Source: Alloascoidea hylecoeti (Eukaryota). Taken from it: a stretch of 64,000 nt of DNA. Positions within the stretch are counted from its first letter, which is position 1, and each line of letters starts with the position of its first letter. Made by a program: the position numbers and the translations under genes. The stretch covers positions 361,077-425,076 of the forward strand of contig BCKZ01000016.1 of NCBI GenBank assembly GCA_001600815.1, read 5' to 3'. Under the pieces are notes generated by a model, which had not been told where the DNA came from, did no database searches, and saw only the letters and a list, made by a program, of their open reading frames with translations. Positions 35,632 to 48,492 of the stretch are shown here, piece by piece.

Positions 35632-38600
35632 TTATGCCGTTGTTCTTGCTTTATCAATTTGCTCCAATAGTTTATCGTATGCTTCATTGACCGCTTTATC
35701 GTTGGTATCGAGTTTCTTCTCCTGAAATGAATTTCCGGAATCTCCAGGATTATCTGATAATTCATCTTTGTTGTGGTCCGTTTTTGCTGCACTAGGGTTC
35801 CTCACTGTTTTAATTCTCTCAATAACAGTAGATATATTATCAACACCTTTGATACCTAAAACGGCTTTACGAATCTCTTCTCCAGAAGGAAGGACTTTCA
35901 TAACAGGGAATTTGACCCCATTTCCGAGAGAGTTATTGTTCTCACCATCGGGTGATTGTGAAACCCCTACAGCCTGATGTTCTTCGCCATGCTTTTCAGC
36001 GTTCTCTTCGTTTTTGTTTCGTGCGCCACTAACAAATGTTCCCCATCGGTGCAATTCACCTTCCTCAATTTCCAATTTCTTAGAAAATGACAATAAAACT
36101 GATCCACTGGAAGCACGTCTGACAAGCACTGGTCTACCAGTATGTGCATCCACTACATTTCCATTTTCAGGGTCAGATTTCACCACATGTGGCTCGAACG
36201 AAGTTTCAGGTTGTATTGGTAAAGTAACCTCCGAAGTAGACTCATTAGAAACATAATTGAGATTATTAGGAGGGACTAAATTACCGGTGCTTGCCAGCAG
36301 GCGAGATTCTTTGTGAATACCATCACTATCATGCTTTTTGTTTTCTAAAATTTCTTGAGAATTTCTTTTGCCCTTATGTACATTTTCCAAGTATTTTGAT
36401 TCTTTATTTTGCTGAATTTCTTCTGAAAGATGAACCAGTTTTTCTAATGCGTTATCTAAAAAGCAAAACAGAATCAATTTTTCTTTTTCGGCTATTGATA
36501 ATAATCCTTTATCACGTAGTTCAAATAGAGCATCAATAACTCTATGAATTTTTCTTCTAACTTTCCTAGCACCATCTACCAATGCAGCAGCAATTACAGT
36601 ATCATCTTGATTTTCATTTTCGACTAGTGTCCCTACTGCTTCAGCCAATAGGCTACCATCAACCATTAATTCATCGTGGAATTCTGCATCAGTTTCATTT
36701 CCATATCCAGGGGACTTTTGTAATATATTGGATAATCTTTTTTCTGCTTCAACTTTGGATAAATTTCCCCAATTAGTGTTCACCAAACTTTCTAAATTCC
36801 TCAAACATATAATTGCAATCCTTTGACTAACTTTTTCTGGTATGTGATTATAATCAATGTCCAATTCATAAACACGGGAGTTTTTGACCGCGGCATATAA
36901 AGCAACGGCTGCAGTAAAATCCATACCTTTATTATTAACCAAACTAACATGGAATAGAGTTTTACATTTAGGGAATATTTCAGCCAGTTTAACAATATCA
37001 GTTGAAGTCAAATGATTACTATCTAAGTGAACTCTTCTCAGATCCTTGAAAATGGGTAATGATATTGATAATTGTGGAATAGTTCCTGGAAACAAATGCG
37101 GATTGGATGATATATCAAAAAATCTTAATCCATGAACTCTACTCAGTTCAACCAGAAATTGTACAAAATCATCATTATCAGATGTTAACTGAGTAGAATT
37201 CAGTGATAAAAATGTCAAGTTCAAGTCTTGAGGACTTTCTGCTTCTCTTTTCCTTAATATTTCAGTCAATGGCCCCAATTTATCACTGAGATTATTAAAC
37301 CCAATATCTATTCCGATACATGTTGAATCTTTACCAAATATCCATTCCCCTAGAACACGAACACTATGCAGAGAAAGATTATTCTCAGCATATCCCAGTC
37401 TTCTAGTCCCTAAGGCACACCCACGGGAAATTAAATCATCTAAATCCTCCTCCTTTAGACAACAGCCATGGATAACCAGTTCTTCAAGTCCACCTCTCTT
37501 AATAATTGCATTAGTGAATAATTTCCAATCCATGTCGCGTCTCACACCTTTACTTTCATCTCGAATCTTTCTTTGTGAAATGTCCAATTTGGTAACAGAT
37601 TTATTATGCGCCAAGAATGCACACAATAATCTCCAGCCTTCAGCATCCATCGCGACATTTCTCATACTTAACTTTTCCAACTGTTTTGCATTAACAATAG
37701 ATGAGAAAATAACTTGCAACATTCCACTGGATAAAGTAACATTGTCAAATCCAATAGAAAGTATTGGTACAATTGATAGAAAATCAGAGAATGACAAAAT
37801 ATCAATCATAGTAGGTCGTGGATTTAACATTTTTAGCACGGATAACGGTTTGGTTTTATTTTTAAGTTGTCGGAGTGTTATGGGAATAGGTAGTATTTCT
37901 CTTAAATGACAACATCTCGTATATATCGTTTCTAATGAAATTTCCTTTAACGCGGCTTCCCTTGAAGGATTGTTTTGATCGTCATCCGAATGAGATTTTA
38001 CCTCTTCCTCCTCAGCTCCAAAATGATGATGAAGATGAATTGGTTGATCGATATCGTTCAATTTTAAATACTTTCCTGTCGTAGGAACTTCCTCTACGGG
38101 CAGCGATTTCATAGCATCCTTCTTCTCTAGTGATTTATTCTCTTCTAAAAGAATATTATATGCTATTTTCTGAGTCGCAATAGCATTAGCATAAGCATAT
38201 TCTTGTGCTTTGGCCACTAACTCCGTAGTTAGCAAATCGTGCCTTTTTATGATTTTTCCGTTATTATCCAATAAAATATTACCTTTTTTAGGATCTCGGG
38301 CAGGGATTTGTTGAGGTGGGTCGTCAATCAAGCGTTCCAAATCAAAAGTTACACGTTTCAAAAAGATTTTGTTCAATTTGTCAAACGATTGATCATGAGT
38401 AGCGTTTTTAGCATTGCGATTAAGCTTTACAGATGTATTTGAAATCTGACCAATAGAAGTCCGCCTCGATTGGGTTAACAAACTCGGGTTACTAGAATTT
38501 TGTGATAGAGGAGGAATGCCATTTTGCTTTGAAACATTAGATGATCTTCTGGCATGGCCAATTTTTTTAATAGATCCAAAGAAACCACCAGTTTTTTCTG

Positions 38601-39636
38601 GTTTTGAAGGTGTAGGAGTGATATTTAGTACTGGTTGCAATGGTCCTTGTTCGGCGCCTACAAGGTTTACATTTCTTTTCTGTAAATCTTTAGTTTCTGG
38701 AAACCCAGCAAATGCATCGGAGATATTATAATTATAAGCTAATGGTTTGGATTGATTTGAACTGGTGAATAGATCAGAAGGTTGAGGTTCTTCTGGAATA
38801 ATAGCCGTAGTGTTCAATGAATCTGATACAACATGAGCTGTAGTTAAGCTAGATCTCCTTCTAAACCCATGATGTGTTTCATTACTAGTACTTGAAGACC
38901 CTAATTTCGACTGCAGTGAATGAAGCCAAGACTTCTTAATGGAAGGAGAAGCAGATGATGACAAGTTACTAGAATTTAGTTGTGGAGAACCAGTACTAAT
39001 AGGAAAATTTTGCTTTGATGGTAACGACGAAGATCTTTTTCGGCTTAAAATACCTGAAGTCTTTTTTTCAGGCTCTTCTGGATAAAAAGGATTATAATAA
39101 TTTGCGTTAGGTATAGGCACATTTGCTGTGGCGGGAATATTTGGGATTGTTACTTCAGTATCTATAGCCGTTTTAGCCGGCGTAATTTCCTCGGTGATAG
39201 TGGAAGAATTTAGGTTTGTAGAGGGAAGCTTATCATTGGTTTTCAGCTGTTCTGAAGGGGATGGTTTCTTTGGGTCTGTTGGGCGAGGGTCGGTTGACGT
39301 AGCATATTTAGTTTTGTTCTGTTCCGAAGTGTCTACTGTGTGAGATGAGGAGGACCTTCTGGCTGCAGAATAAGGAAGATTAGTAAATTAAGATATTAAG
39401 TGAGTAAAGGATAAGCGTGATTTCTGTATAAACATACATTTTTTCTTCTTCCCCCTGAAGACCCAATCAACATCTGTGTTAGAGACACCAGACAGAATGT
39501 CAGCATCAAGATAAGAAGATGTGTTTGTCGCAGTCTGATCTGGAATTTTCACCAGACTCTTCGTGGCATGGACACTGGTGCTGTCGGTGCCAGACACACT
39601 CTTTGTCTGTCTGTGTGTTGCACAATGCGATGACAT
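35632..39636 (-). CDS. MHP1: MAP-homologous LRR protein (Mhp1/Her1/Gip3 family), intron 39437-39363
   Basis: Exon 1 ends DVDWVFRGKKKK and splices in frame. Product contains LKRVTF (PP1 RVxF), DPPQQIPARDPKKGN, IYTRCCHLREILPI and RNI-like LRRs. Confidence 0.8.
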
Positions 39637-39793
39637 TCGGCAACAGAGAAAATACACTGAGACAGAAAAAAGAAGCTTGTTATTAGCTATAGATGTATAT
39701 ATACTGTTTGCAGTTATATATCAGCCCATTGGTATATCGTTTACCCTCTAGAACCTCCCCGTGATGACAGTTACACGCACGCACCCACGCATA

Positions 39794-40282
39794 CTATACG
39801 TGTGTATGGGAAGAAGAGCCACCGGCCAGATCTGTGGTGACATGTCTCTTAGTCCTATAATCCTTGATGGCGCTCTTTATAGCATCCTCCGCGAGCATCG
39901 AGCAGTGCAGCTTGACGGGGGGTAGTGCCAGCTCCTTCGCTATCACGTTGTTCTTGATTTTGGAGGCTTCTTCCAGCGTCTTCCCACGAACCAGCTCCGT
40001 CACATAGGAGCTCGATGCAATAGCACTGCCACACCCAAACGTCTTGAACTTGACATCTGATATTATTCCATGGTCGTCTACTCTGATCTGAAGTTTCATG
40101 ACATCCCCACAGGCAGGAGCACCCACTAGCCCAGTCCCAACATCTGCATCGTTTTTATTCATTGATCCAACATTGCGCGGATTGTTGTAGTGATCAATTA
40201 CCTTGGCGTGATATAGTCGTTTGGTGAGAACCACAGCTGGGCGTTCGTATCGTATGGCTTGTTTTAGCGAGCGAGAAAGCAT
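39794..40282 (-). CDS. ISU1: Mitochondrial Fe-S scaffold IscU
   Basis: YHAKVIDHYNNPRNVGS, GAPACGDVMKLQI, FGCGSAIASSS and LPPVKLHCSMLAEDA. Confidence 0.98.
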   Translation of the reverse strand: MLSRSLKQAIRYERPAVVLTKRLYHAKVIDHYNNPRNVGSMNKNDADVGTGLVGAPACGDVMKLQIRVDDHGIISDVKFKTFGCGSAIASSSYVTELVRGKTLEEASKIKNNVIAKELALPPVKLHCSMLAEDAIKSAIKDYRTKRHVTTDLAGGSSSHTHV

Positions 40283-40498
40283 TATTGTGGATGAAGATCT
40301 GAATTTGAGCGACTTGTAGTTTTATAAATTTATAAACTTCTCGGATGGTGGCCTGCTGACATAATCGCCTCGGCAAAAACTGCTCGGGTGTACGGATGTA
40401 TAAACACGTGTCAAATGTGTTACCCTAGTTTTCTATTTTCTCAAGTGTGCAAACAACACTTCAAGCAATAATTGCAAGATTCGTCCCATTGTCTTGAC

Positions 40499-42514
40499 AT
40501 GTCAGAATCGGAAAATACGCCCACAACTGGAGAAAATAACTTCCCAGCCGTTGAAAATTTGTCTGCCGAAGCCACTGACGCGTCTATACCAGAAACTTCA
40601 AATCTTTCGACGGTGACCACCAAAGATGAAAAACCAGATGTCAAACAAGAAGTAACAAATACATTGGAAAATAACACGTACATATCTAATGATATCGTTA
40701 ATTCATCTGAGAAAGCGTTCGCTGATGATAATACCTTAACTCCCGTGGTTGATGACGATGGTGATGCCTCAATGCGAGACGCGACGCCAACCCCCACACC
40801 TGCACCATTCACTATAAAAGAACCAACAAGTACACCACAGGCAGATCAACCTTTACCGGACCCAGAAGCCTTTTTATCTATGCAGCTAAAACCGGTTGCT
40901 CTTCCCATTTTTTCGAGATGGTTCTCATTTGACTCGATTAACGAACTTGAGAAGAAGTCTTTACCACAATTCTTTAACTCCCAATCTTTATACCATACAC
41001 CCCAAGCTTATCAAAAAATCAGAAATTTCATTATTCAGACTTGGCGTTTAAATCCAAACCAATACTTGACAATTACTGCGGCAAGAAAAAATGTAGCTGC
41101 TGATATCGAAAGTGTAGTATCAATTCATCGTTTCTTGAGTAAGTGGGGGTTGATCAACTATAATGTTGATGGGAGCACAATTCCCAGTGCTCTGGGACCT
41201 CAATCAACTAGGGGCTTCAGCATTGTTTTAGATACCCCTGTTGGTATCCAAGCTTTGGTTCCTGAAGTTAAGCAGACGGATAAAGGGAAATCATTAGGTA
41301 TAAAGAGACGGTTTGAAGAAGACCAACCGAAGCAGAATTCAGGTATGAAAGTGGAACCAGATACTATAACCAAGGATGAGGATCGTTCATTACCTTTAAA
41401 TATGGAATTGAGGAAAAATATTTATGATCCTAGTGTTGATTCTACTGCTTTGCAAGATGAAAATCAACTTCGAATAAACGATGTTAATAATAAAACATTC
41501 ACGTGTTATCTAACTGGATCACAAGTAACTGATGTTCACTTTAATTCTTTAAGGTATAAAGGCGTTAATGGACATGCTATTAATGGAAATGTGACCTCTT
41601 TGAAAAATGGGGGTTTTCCAACAGAAAATAATGCAGAAACTGGTATTGTCAATTTGGAAGATGTCTTCAAGAAAGGTGGCAAGTTATTATATCCACCTTC
41701 TATTGCTTGGACTGATCAAGAATTGGTATTACTATTGGAAGGCATTGAGATGTTTGAAGATAACTGGGAACAAATCGCAGATCATGTTGGTACAAGAGAT
41801 AAAAGTCAATGCATCACAAGATATGTCCAATTGCCCATTGATGAACAGTATATCACGAAGAAGAAAATAGAAATGGCTAAAAAAAATAAAAAAGTTGGTG
41901 GAAAATTGGAAATGGAAAAAGTTATATCTTTTTTAACTAATTATGTTGATGAAAATCTAGCTAAGAAAGTTGCACAAAAATTACGGTTAAAGCACCCTGA
42001 AAAGAACCCAGATAATTTCTTTGAGGATGGCTCTACTATGTTAACTAAAGCTTCTACTAAACTTTCTTCAAAACAAACATTTTCCGATATATCTACAGTG
42101 GAGGACCAAGCACTATTAAAACAACAAATTGAACTCACAATATCCAAATTTCAGGCAAAATTGTCGCAAATAACAGCTTTTGAGTCACAGATATCGCAAT
42201 CTTTACACACAATTCAAAAACAAAAAAGACAAATTCTTAATGATAAGTTATCATTACAGAAACAAGCGATATTAGTACTTAACTCACTCCAAAAAACCCG
42301 ACAGTTGACCCTAAACACAACTGGTAATGTTAATTCACAAACCTCACCACTGATGTCTGAGTTGAATGTAATTGTTAATACAAATACAAGGGCGTTGTTT
42401 AAAAAGAGAGATGATAGAACCAAGAAGGATAGTAAGGACAATGGGTCATCTACCAATGGAGAAATTGTTGCTGCTAAAGGAGAGAGCAAACTGTATAATT
42501 ATTGGTTTGACTGA
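40499..42514 (+). CDS. RSC8: SWIRM+SANT chromatin-remodelling subunit (Rsc8/Swi3 family)
   Basis: SWIRM (FSRWF....NELEKKSLPQFF...RNFII.TWRLNP.QYLT.TA.RKN...HRFL.KWGLINY) and SANT (WTDQELVLLLEGIEMF..NW.QIADHVGTR...QC). A degenerate ZZ-like segment favours RSC8 over SWI3. Confidence 0.8.
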   Translation: MSESENTPTTGENNFPAVENLSAEATDASIPETSNLSTVTTKDEKPDVKQEVTNTLENNTYISNDIVNSSEKAFADDNTLTPVVDDDGDASMRDATPTPTPAPFTIKEPTSTPQADQPLPDPEAFLSMQLKPVALPIFSRWFSFDSINELEKKSLPQFFNSQSLYHTPQAYQKIRNFIIQTWRLNPNQYLTITAARKNVAADIESVVSIHRFLSKWGLINYNVDGSTIPSALGPQSTRGFSIVLDTPVGIQALVPEVKQTDKGKSLGIKRRFEEDQPKQNSGMKVEPDTITKDEDRSLPLNMELRKNIYDPSVDSTALQDENQLRINDVNNKTFTCYLTGSQVTDVHFNSLRYKGVNGHAINGNVTSLKNGGFPTENNAETGIVNLEDVFKKGGKLLYPPSIAWTDQELVLLLEGIEMFEDNWEQIADHVGTRDKSQCITRYVQLPIDEQYITKKKIEMAKKNKKVGGKLEMEKVISFLTNYVDENLAKKVAQKLRLKHPEKNPDNFFEDGSTMLTKASTKLSSKQTFSDISTVEDQALLKQQIELTISKFQAKLSQITAFESQISQSLHTIQKQKRQILNDKLSLQKQAILVLNSLQKTRQLTLNTTGNVNSQTSPLMSELNVIVNTNTRALFKKRDDRTKKDSKDNGSSTNGEIVAAKGESKLYNYWFD

Positions 42515-42899
42515 TAATATTGGTTTAAGTTGTAATGTTATAAATATTAATTGAAATTGATGTAAGTATATTATACCATGAATTCCGATAACATTGGTGT
42601 GTGACGAGTTGTTTCCGTCGATATTCTCCGTAACAATCTGTATTATTAAGGTACCATGAGGAACATTATAATGCTTACCATTTGGACACCATCTGCCATC
42701 CTGTTCAATGGTTCAGTGGCAAGGGATGCTAGTGGAGACTTTTAGATTCTTTTTTGCTCTTCTACAAATAACCCTAGTATAAAAACAGATCAGATCTTTC
42801 TTGCTACCGTAAGTGTACTACTCTTCATTACAACCTGCAGCTGTGGACAGCGCGTAATTTCACGGCGATTCAGGATTTTCGAAGATCTCCTACTTCACA

Positions 42900-43796
42900 C
42901 AAATGGCTTTCGTCATACACCTTCGGCTAGAAATATTTAAGTGCAACATTAATTACAAAAACTGTAGAAATATTCCTTATAGGGAAGAAAATCCAATGAC
43001 ACCTCAATTAAGCCTAAAGGATTGGCATGTATTGTATACGAAACGAAGTTGGGCTCTCCAATTGAAGTATTTGAGAAATGATAGACGCGTCCTACAAACC
43101 AGCAATAGTTCTCCACGCGATTCAACACCCAACTGTTCCGAGGACCGAAACTTGTGTCCGAAAGTCAAATATTTTACCTAGGTGTGAATTCGAAGCACAA
43201 TTGGTACGCCTCCTGACCATAATTTGCGTCCAAATTCTCAAAAATATAATAGAAGCCTCACCTCGGCGAAATGTTTGACGAAATTTTCAGAGACACTATA
43301 ATCTTTATATGCGGCAATACTCATGTTCATAAATCTAGTGATATCATGTCGTGGTTGGAAGAGGGAGGAATTAAAGTGATTTGATAGCCTGCATAAATCG
43401 TCAGAATCAGACCCTATTGAGCAGGTCCCAAAATATTTATCGTCAAAACTAAACCAATCCCAATAAAACCATGCGGAAGCAATAAACTCAAATACCTTAA
43501 TTAGGTGAATACTTGGGAAGGTACTTCGGCAGAATTCATACAGATTTCCTCCTCGAAATTGTGTCTTGAAAGTTGAGGGTCATAAATGAGCATTGAAAAA
43601 ATGGTGCTGGTAATGTGGCAGACTAAGCGACTAATAAGCCTTACATTACACTTCAAATAACATAAATCAAAAGAGTAGAATGAGATCTTATTTTTTATTC
43701 CATACAAAGTATTTAATAAATTTTATTTAATACGTGAATATGGTTTTGAAATTTAAATTTTCCTGCAGGGGCCACTTTTTTTTCCCCCCAACTGTA
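42900..43796 (+). mobile_element. Degenerate Tc1/mariner transposon relic with one surviving terminal repeat
   Basis: PQLSLKD...KRSWAL resembles Tc1 'KP.LS......RL.WA'. Positions 43300-43425 translate, with stops and a frameshift, as GNTHVHKS..IMSWLEEGGIKVI**PA*S...DPIEQV, matching DNA..H.....W....GI.V..WPA.SPDLNPIE.VW. The end GGGCCACTTTTTTTTCCCCCCAACTG|TA at 43794 is a CAGT-type TIR plus TA. Confidence 0.7.
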
Positions 43797-44529
43797 TGAA
43801 CATCCATTACATATTGGACTCGAGGACTCTATGTAATAACTGGTCCAAAGATTCTAAATCGTTTGGGTTGGTTCTATGTCAGCCGAAACAGCCTGAACTA
43901 CACTAAATGAATTACTGGTATAATTACCAGTGGAGGTAAAGCCGGAAATGATGCTTCTTTGCTGTCACACGACTTTAGTAATGAGATTTGCCTTTTTGGC
44001 CCATAACTTCCGATTGATAAAGTGACACCTACTTATGGATGGTTGTTGTAGGCCTATAGATAGATCTAGAGTTGAAACAGGAAACATAAAGGGATCATTG
44101 CGTTAGGGAATGGGAGTTAAGAACAGAGAAGTAAGATATGGAATCGTGAGATAAGGTATGGAAATGGTGAAATAAGGATAAAGTTTTAGATATAAAAAGA
44201 TAAGATGATTTCTTAAAAGTTTAAGAAATTTCATCTGCCCATATAGGCCTGTGGCTATAGCTGGCCATGGTCAATAAATTATTATTATCTGATTACTCAA
44301 TTGCATTTTGATTTGTCATTCAGCATGAAAACTTTCCAACTGTTAACTGTCTCACAAGGGTAGAATCCAGTTGCCTTAGCGTTATGAATTTCAACTAATT
44401 TTTAGTGATGTTCGTTGATCAAACCTTCAAGTCTGGCATACCAAAATTTAAGTTCATCTTCATAGGTACAGAGAAACCAGTATTCATCCAATTTGGGAGT
44501 CTTTACATTTATTATCCGTGACAGTTTGG

Positions 44530-47430
44530 TTTCCGAGTTACAGCTACGTGCGTATATATACGAAGTCCACAACAGCCGGTTGCAACAATGTTTAACGTTA
44601 ACAGCAACAATTAACTATTGCAAGAGTAATGTTAATCGTTATATATTGTTATAAGCAATTGAGATTGAAAATCCGCATATATTAACACGCTTTAAACCGA
44701 AGTATATAAATAATAATAATAACTTTTGTAGACCAAATCGAAGTCAAAGGAACCTTAATTAATTAAAGTTATTAATTTGAAGATACAATATTTCCCTTTG
44801 AAAAGCTTTTGTTTATCAATAATAGAATCCCATGTCATACACTCAGGGATTTATACAAGTCGATTTGAATAATCATAATCTATTAGATTTATTGGGTTTT
44901 ATTGGAAGCTAGTTAAAGATATTAGATTAAATTTTATAAATAGAAGGGGGTGGCTGATTATTTTAAGAAAGGAAGGAAAAGAAATAGTTGACAATAAAGA
45001 ATAAAGATTTATTTGGGATAGTTCTACAAATGACCCGTTAGCTCTTATGGCACAAGCAACTCAAGCAATGATGGAGAGTGTCAGATTGATGAGAAGAAAC
45101 CCAACAAGAATAATCTAAAGAAATTGAGACTTTAAAGAGTAGTCAGGTAGAAGTAAACCCATATAATCCTATTATTTTTGGCCACTTTGGATTATTGAAG
45201 ATGTAAAAGAAGCTCATTAATATTGACTAATTTAAATTCGTTTAAGGGTACTCAACCCTAAACTAAAGATAATGGCAAGAATATATCTATTAAGATTGCG
45301 ATTATTTGCAGCAACATTGTAAATTATAATTGAAAATAATATTAATTTAAGTTTCAACGTAAATTTATAAACGGATATACAAATGATTATATGATTATGA
45401 ATGCTTCGGAATTTAAAAGTCCAATCTTATAATAAAGTTAATACAATTTAAAGAATCTATTTCCCCCTTATACAAATATCACTGGGTTCGCATATAATGA
45501 ATATTGGTAAAAGCGGTTCACTATAATTCAATATTTATGTTCACCCAATGTCACCCATATAAACATACAATACAATATAATATAGCTGTGACTTATCAGG
45601 CTCGTATCTGGGACCATCAATATGATACAATATGTAACACATCTTCATACTAGTTTATAGTATAAGTGAAATGGTAAGTCTAGATGTATTGTTTGACATT
45701 ACTATAGTTATATGTAGGAAGGATACTCGGAAGTATGATCATCACGAGGATAAAAAAAGTATTTCGTAATCACAATATAGGCCATATGCGCGATACGAAA
45801 ACACGCGAGTAAGCTGAGGTCAATTCAACATTTTCAATAACTGATTTTAAATTTTAACAATTATATAGCCAAATACGTTACTCTTCCTGACTCTTTATAA
45901 TCGCCATTTAATGTTGCAATGATCACACTGACACTGGTGATGTTTAAATACTAAACCATAAAGCATTTTTGTTCGATCACTTGTTTTTTCACTACTGAAC
46001 TAATTATGGCTTCTCTATTAACATTGGGGAGAGAAAGCCCGTCTACTAACTGTTTATTTGATGATTATGAGCTCTTTATCTAACACATATTGTATAAAAA
46101 TATATATTCTTGTTATTAAAATAAACAAAGTTAGTACAATATCTATATATTTAGCTCATATTTAATAATAGCTTATAGCTAGTCTTATAAATCTTTATAT
46201 GTGGTGGTTATAAATAGCAATATACGCTCTATCTGCTCATATAAGCTGATATTATCGTAGAACTGACTCTCTACTGACAGACTCTTGTTCAAAACGTATT
46301 ATATTTATTTAATGCTTCCAGAACAACTTAGTATAGGTATACTATGTACTTTATTTCTATATTTGTCTGTGGCTAATATATATAAATTGAGTTGAGCTGC
46401 AGTATAGCAACAACTGTCAAAGTATGCATATGCATGTGAGAACAAATCGCAAGTACACAACTCGAGCTCTTATAATTATTGTTGAGTTGGAAATTGTGCA
46501 ATAATTGAATATTTAATTATATTCATGAATATACTCTCTAATCTTTTAATATTTCTCTACTCCACTCAATAACATCTATAAGAGACATGACAATTGCCCC
46601 AATACCCCGATATAACATTAGAGTTCATCCCGTTGAACTTTGGAGAACCTGGTACACAAACAATAAAACGGAAATATTGGAGATGGAAGCAGACACAGAT
46701 CACTCGAGAATAATGAACGTCATCGAGCATGCTGAGAAGTACAGAGTGATACTTACTGGGGATTTGAGATTTTTAGATGAGGTTGAAAGACTGTCTCAAA
46801 GAAGATATCTTCAAAGTTATGATTATATTGATAAACTTCTCCATCCCACCACCTGGGCTCCTTTACTAACAGGTCGCGAAAGAAGCGAGTTTGACAAGCA
46901 ATTAATCAAATTCTATGAAGATCACAAAGGAGAGAGTGAAGTATTAAGACCAAACCCCCAGCCTCTTCGCAACGCTTCTCTATCTCTGATCATTATGGAC
47001 TTTGACAATAACGTACCTGCAGCTGATACTGGGATTCAGACTCAACCGACTCAGAGACCGGCCATACAGTCACTTATAGAACAGTCAGCAACTTCAAACC
47101 TAGTTCCTGATCAAGTACCTATACAGACACCTATGGATCACTTGACAGTTGTAAACACAGTTCCCTCTCAATCACGATCAGCCGAAACTTTGCAAGAACG
47201 TTTACAAAGTGCTTCTAGTAATTATCCTTGGAATGTGAATATTATTCTTGCACATTCAATGAACCAAAACTATACATACGGAGCTTAAAGAATAACATCG
47301 CTCCAATTATGACATTATTTATAGCTATGATCAAAAATATTAATGCTTGCTCTTTTGAAATTGTCTTTTAGTTTCTGTTTTCCTTTTAAAGGGTTCTCTA
47401 AGAACACTAGTAATTGTAATTATGATTATA
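44530..47430 (+). repeat. Left arm of a 2901-bp inverted repeat
   Basis: Reverse complement of 48493-51393. Paired coordinates sum to 95923 at both ends and at the ORFs, so there are no net indels. No mismatch was seen in the segments compared. Confidence 0.97.
46587..47288 (+). CDS. Orphan 233-aa protein, copy 1 (left arm)
   Basis: Intact ATG-TAA ORF, more GC-rich than its flanks, with TATATAAA about 200 bp upstream; identical to 48635-49336. Confidence 0.6.
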   Translation: MTIAPIPRYNIRVHPVELWRTWYTNNKTEILEMEADTDHSRIMNVIEHAEKYRVILTGDLRFLDEVERLSQRRYLQSYDYIDKLLHPTTWAPLLTGRERSEFDKQLIKFYEDHKGESEVLRPNPQPLRNASLSLIIMDFDNNVPAADTGIQTQPTQRPAIQSLIEQSATSNLVPDQVPIQTPMDHLTVVNTVPSQSRSAETLQERLQSASSNYPWNVNIILAHSMNQNYTYGA

Positions 47431-48492
47431 ATATAACGATTTGTATCAACAATATTTGTACTTTGATTTAATTGTAAGTCATCTTGTAAACAACGAAAAA
47501 TAAATAGATATTTTCAAACATAAGGGTATTTATACAACTGATAAGTTAAGCTTAACATTATCATATTCTATTAATACTTTACCTGAACATGAAATTAATT
47601 TTATTCGTTATAATTATGATTCTATCAAATCAGAACTATCAGTTACATATGATTATGGATTGAACTGTCAAGTATCCATATATATTGTTTTATTGGTACA
47701 AACTTGAATTGCAGCCAACCCCAATATCCAGTGGGATTTTTTAAAATATTTTCACAGCACTTTGCGATTACATGGAATAGAATGGTATTAAAATATGTAT
47801 TCACGTAGAAACGGTCTGCATCTCTAATAATTATAATCTTCCCATATATTGTACTAATATAGCTTTTATACTGACAACTCTAGCTATATAGTCATATTCA
47901 GACCATCTACAATTATATGCCAAACTTTCACTATAGCGCTCATGACTATTTACAATATATTAATATACAGTGTTGGGATTATTGAGCTACTCAATCAGTT
48001 CATTCTTGTTTTTATTCTTTCTGTCTTTTTCAGTTATAACACATTTTAAACAATTATATTTTACATTTTGAAACTGAAGTGATAGTTATACTGTATTATT
48101 TTATCGTTTGCTATGTCTGCTCATCGTAATTCATACTCATCTGGGTTCATCATTTATTAATCGCCTTCTCTAGTCTTTAATTTAAATCTTTTAAAAGTTA
48201 ATAAAAGTTTAATTAACCTACTCCTCTTTACAAAATTTACAGTTCTCGTCTCATACGCGACCATTTCTTTTTTATACTTTCGCGCTGAACTCAGTGAATC
48301 ATCTTTCAAAAGAAATTACATATCCAATGATTTGTCTCTTAAATATTAGCTCTTTTATCATTTGCATTAAGCAAACTAAACAGAGATTTGTAATTGAAGT
48401 ATTCAGATCATTTCCATTCATTATTATTCGATTCCAGTGGGTTGAATTATTTAGAAGGAAGAAGATCCACTCTGATTTAGTTCTCCTTAACC
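47431..48492. other. 1062-bp unique AT-rich core between the inverted arms (candidate centromere core or invertible segment)
   Basis: Bounded exactly by the inner ends of the two arms; no recognisable gene. Confidence 0.6.

Noticed and set aside
39794..40282. Alternative yeast genetic code (CUG=Ser/Ala)
   Set aside because: CTG occupies conserved Leu positions in ISU1 (KELAL, VKLHC), supporting the standard code.
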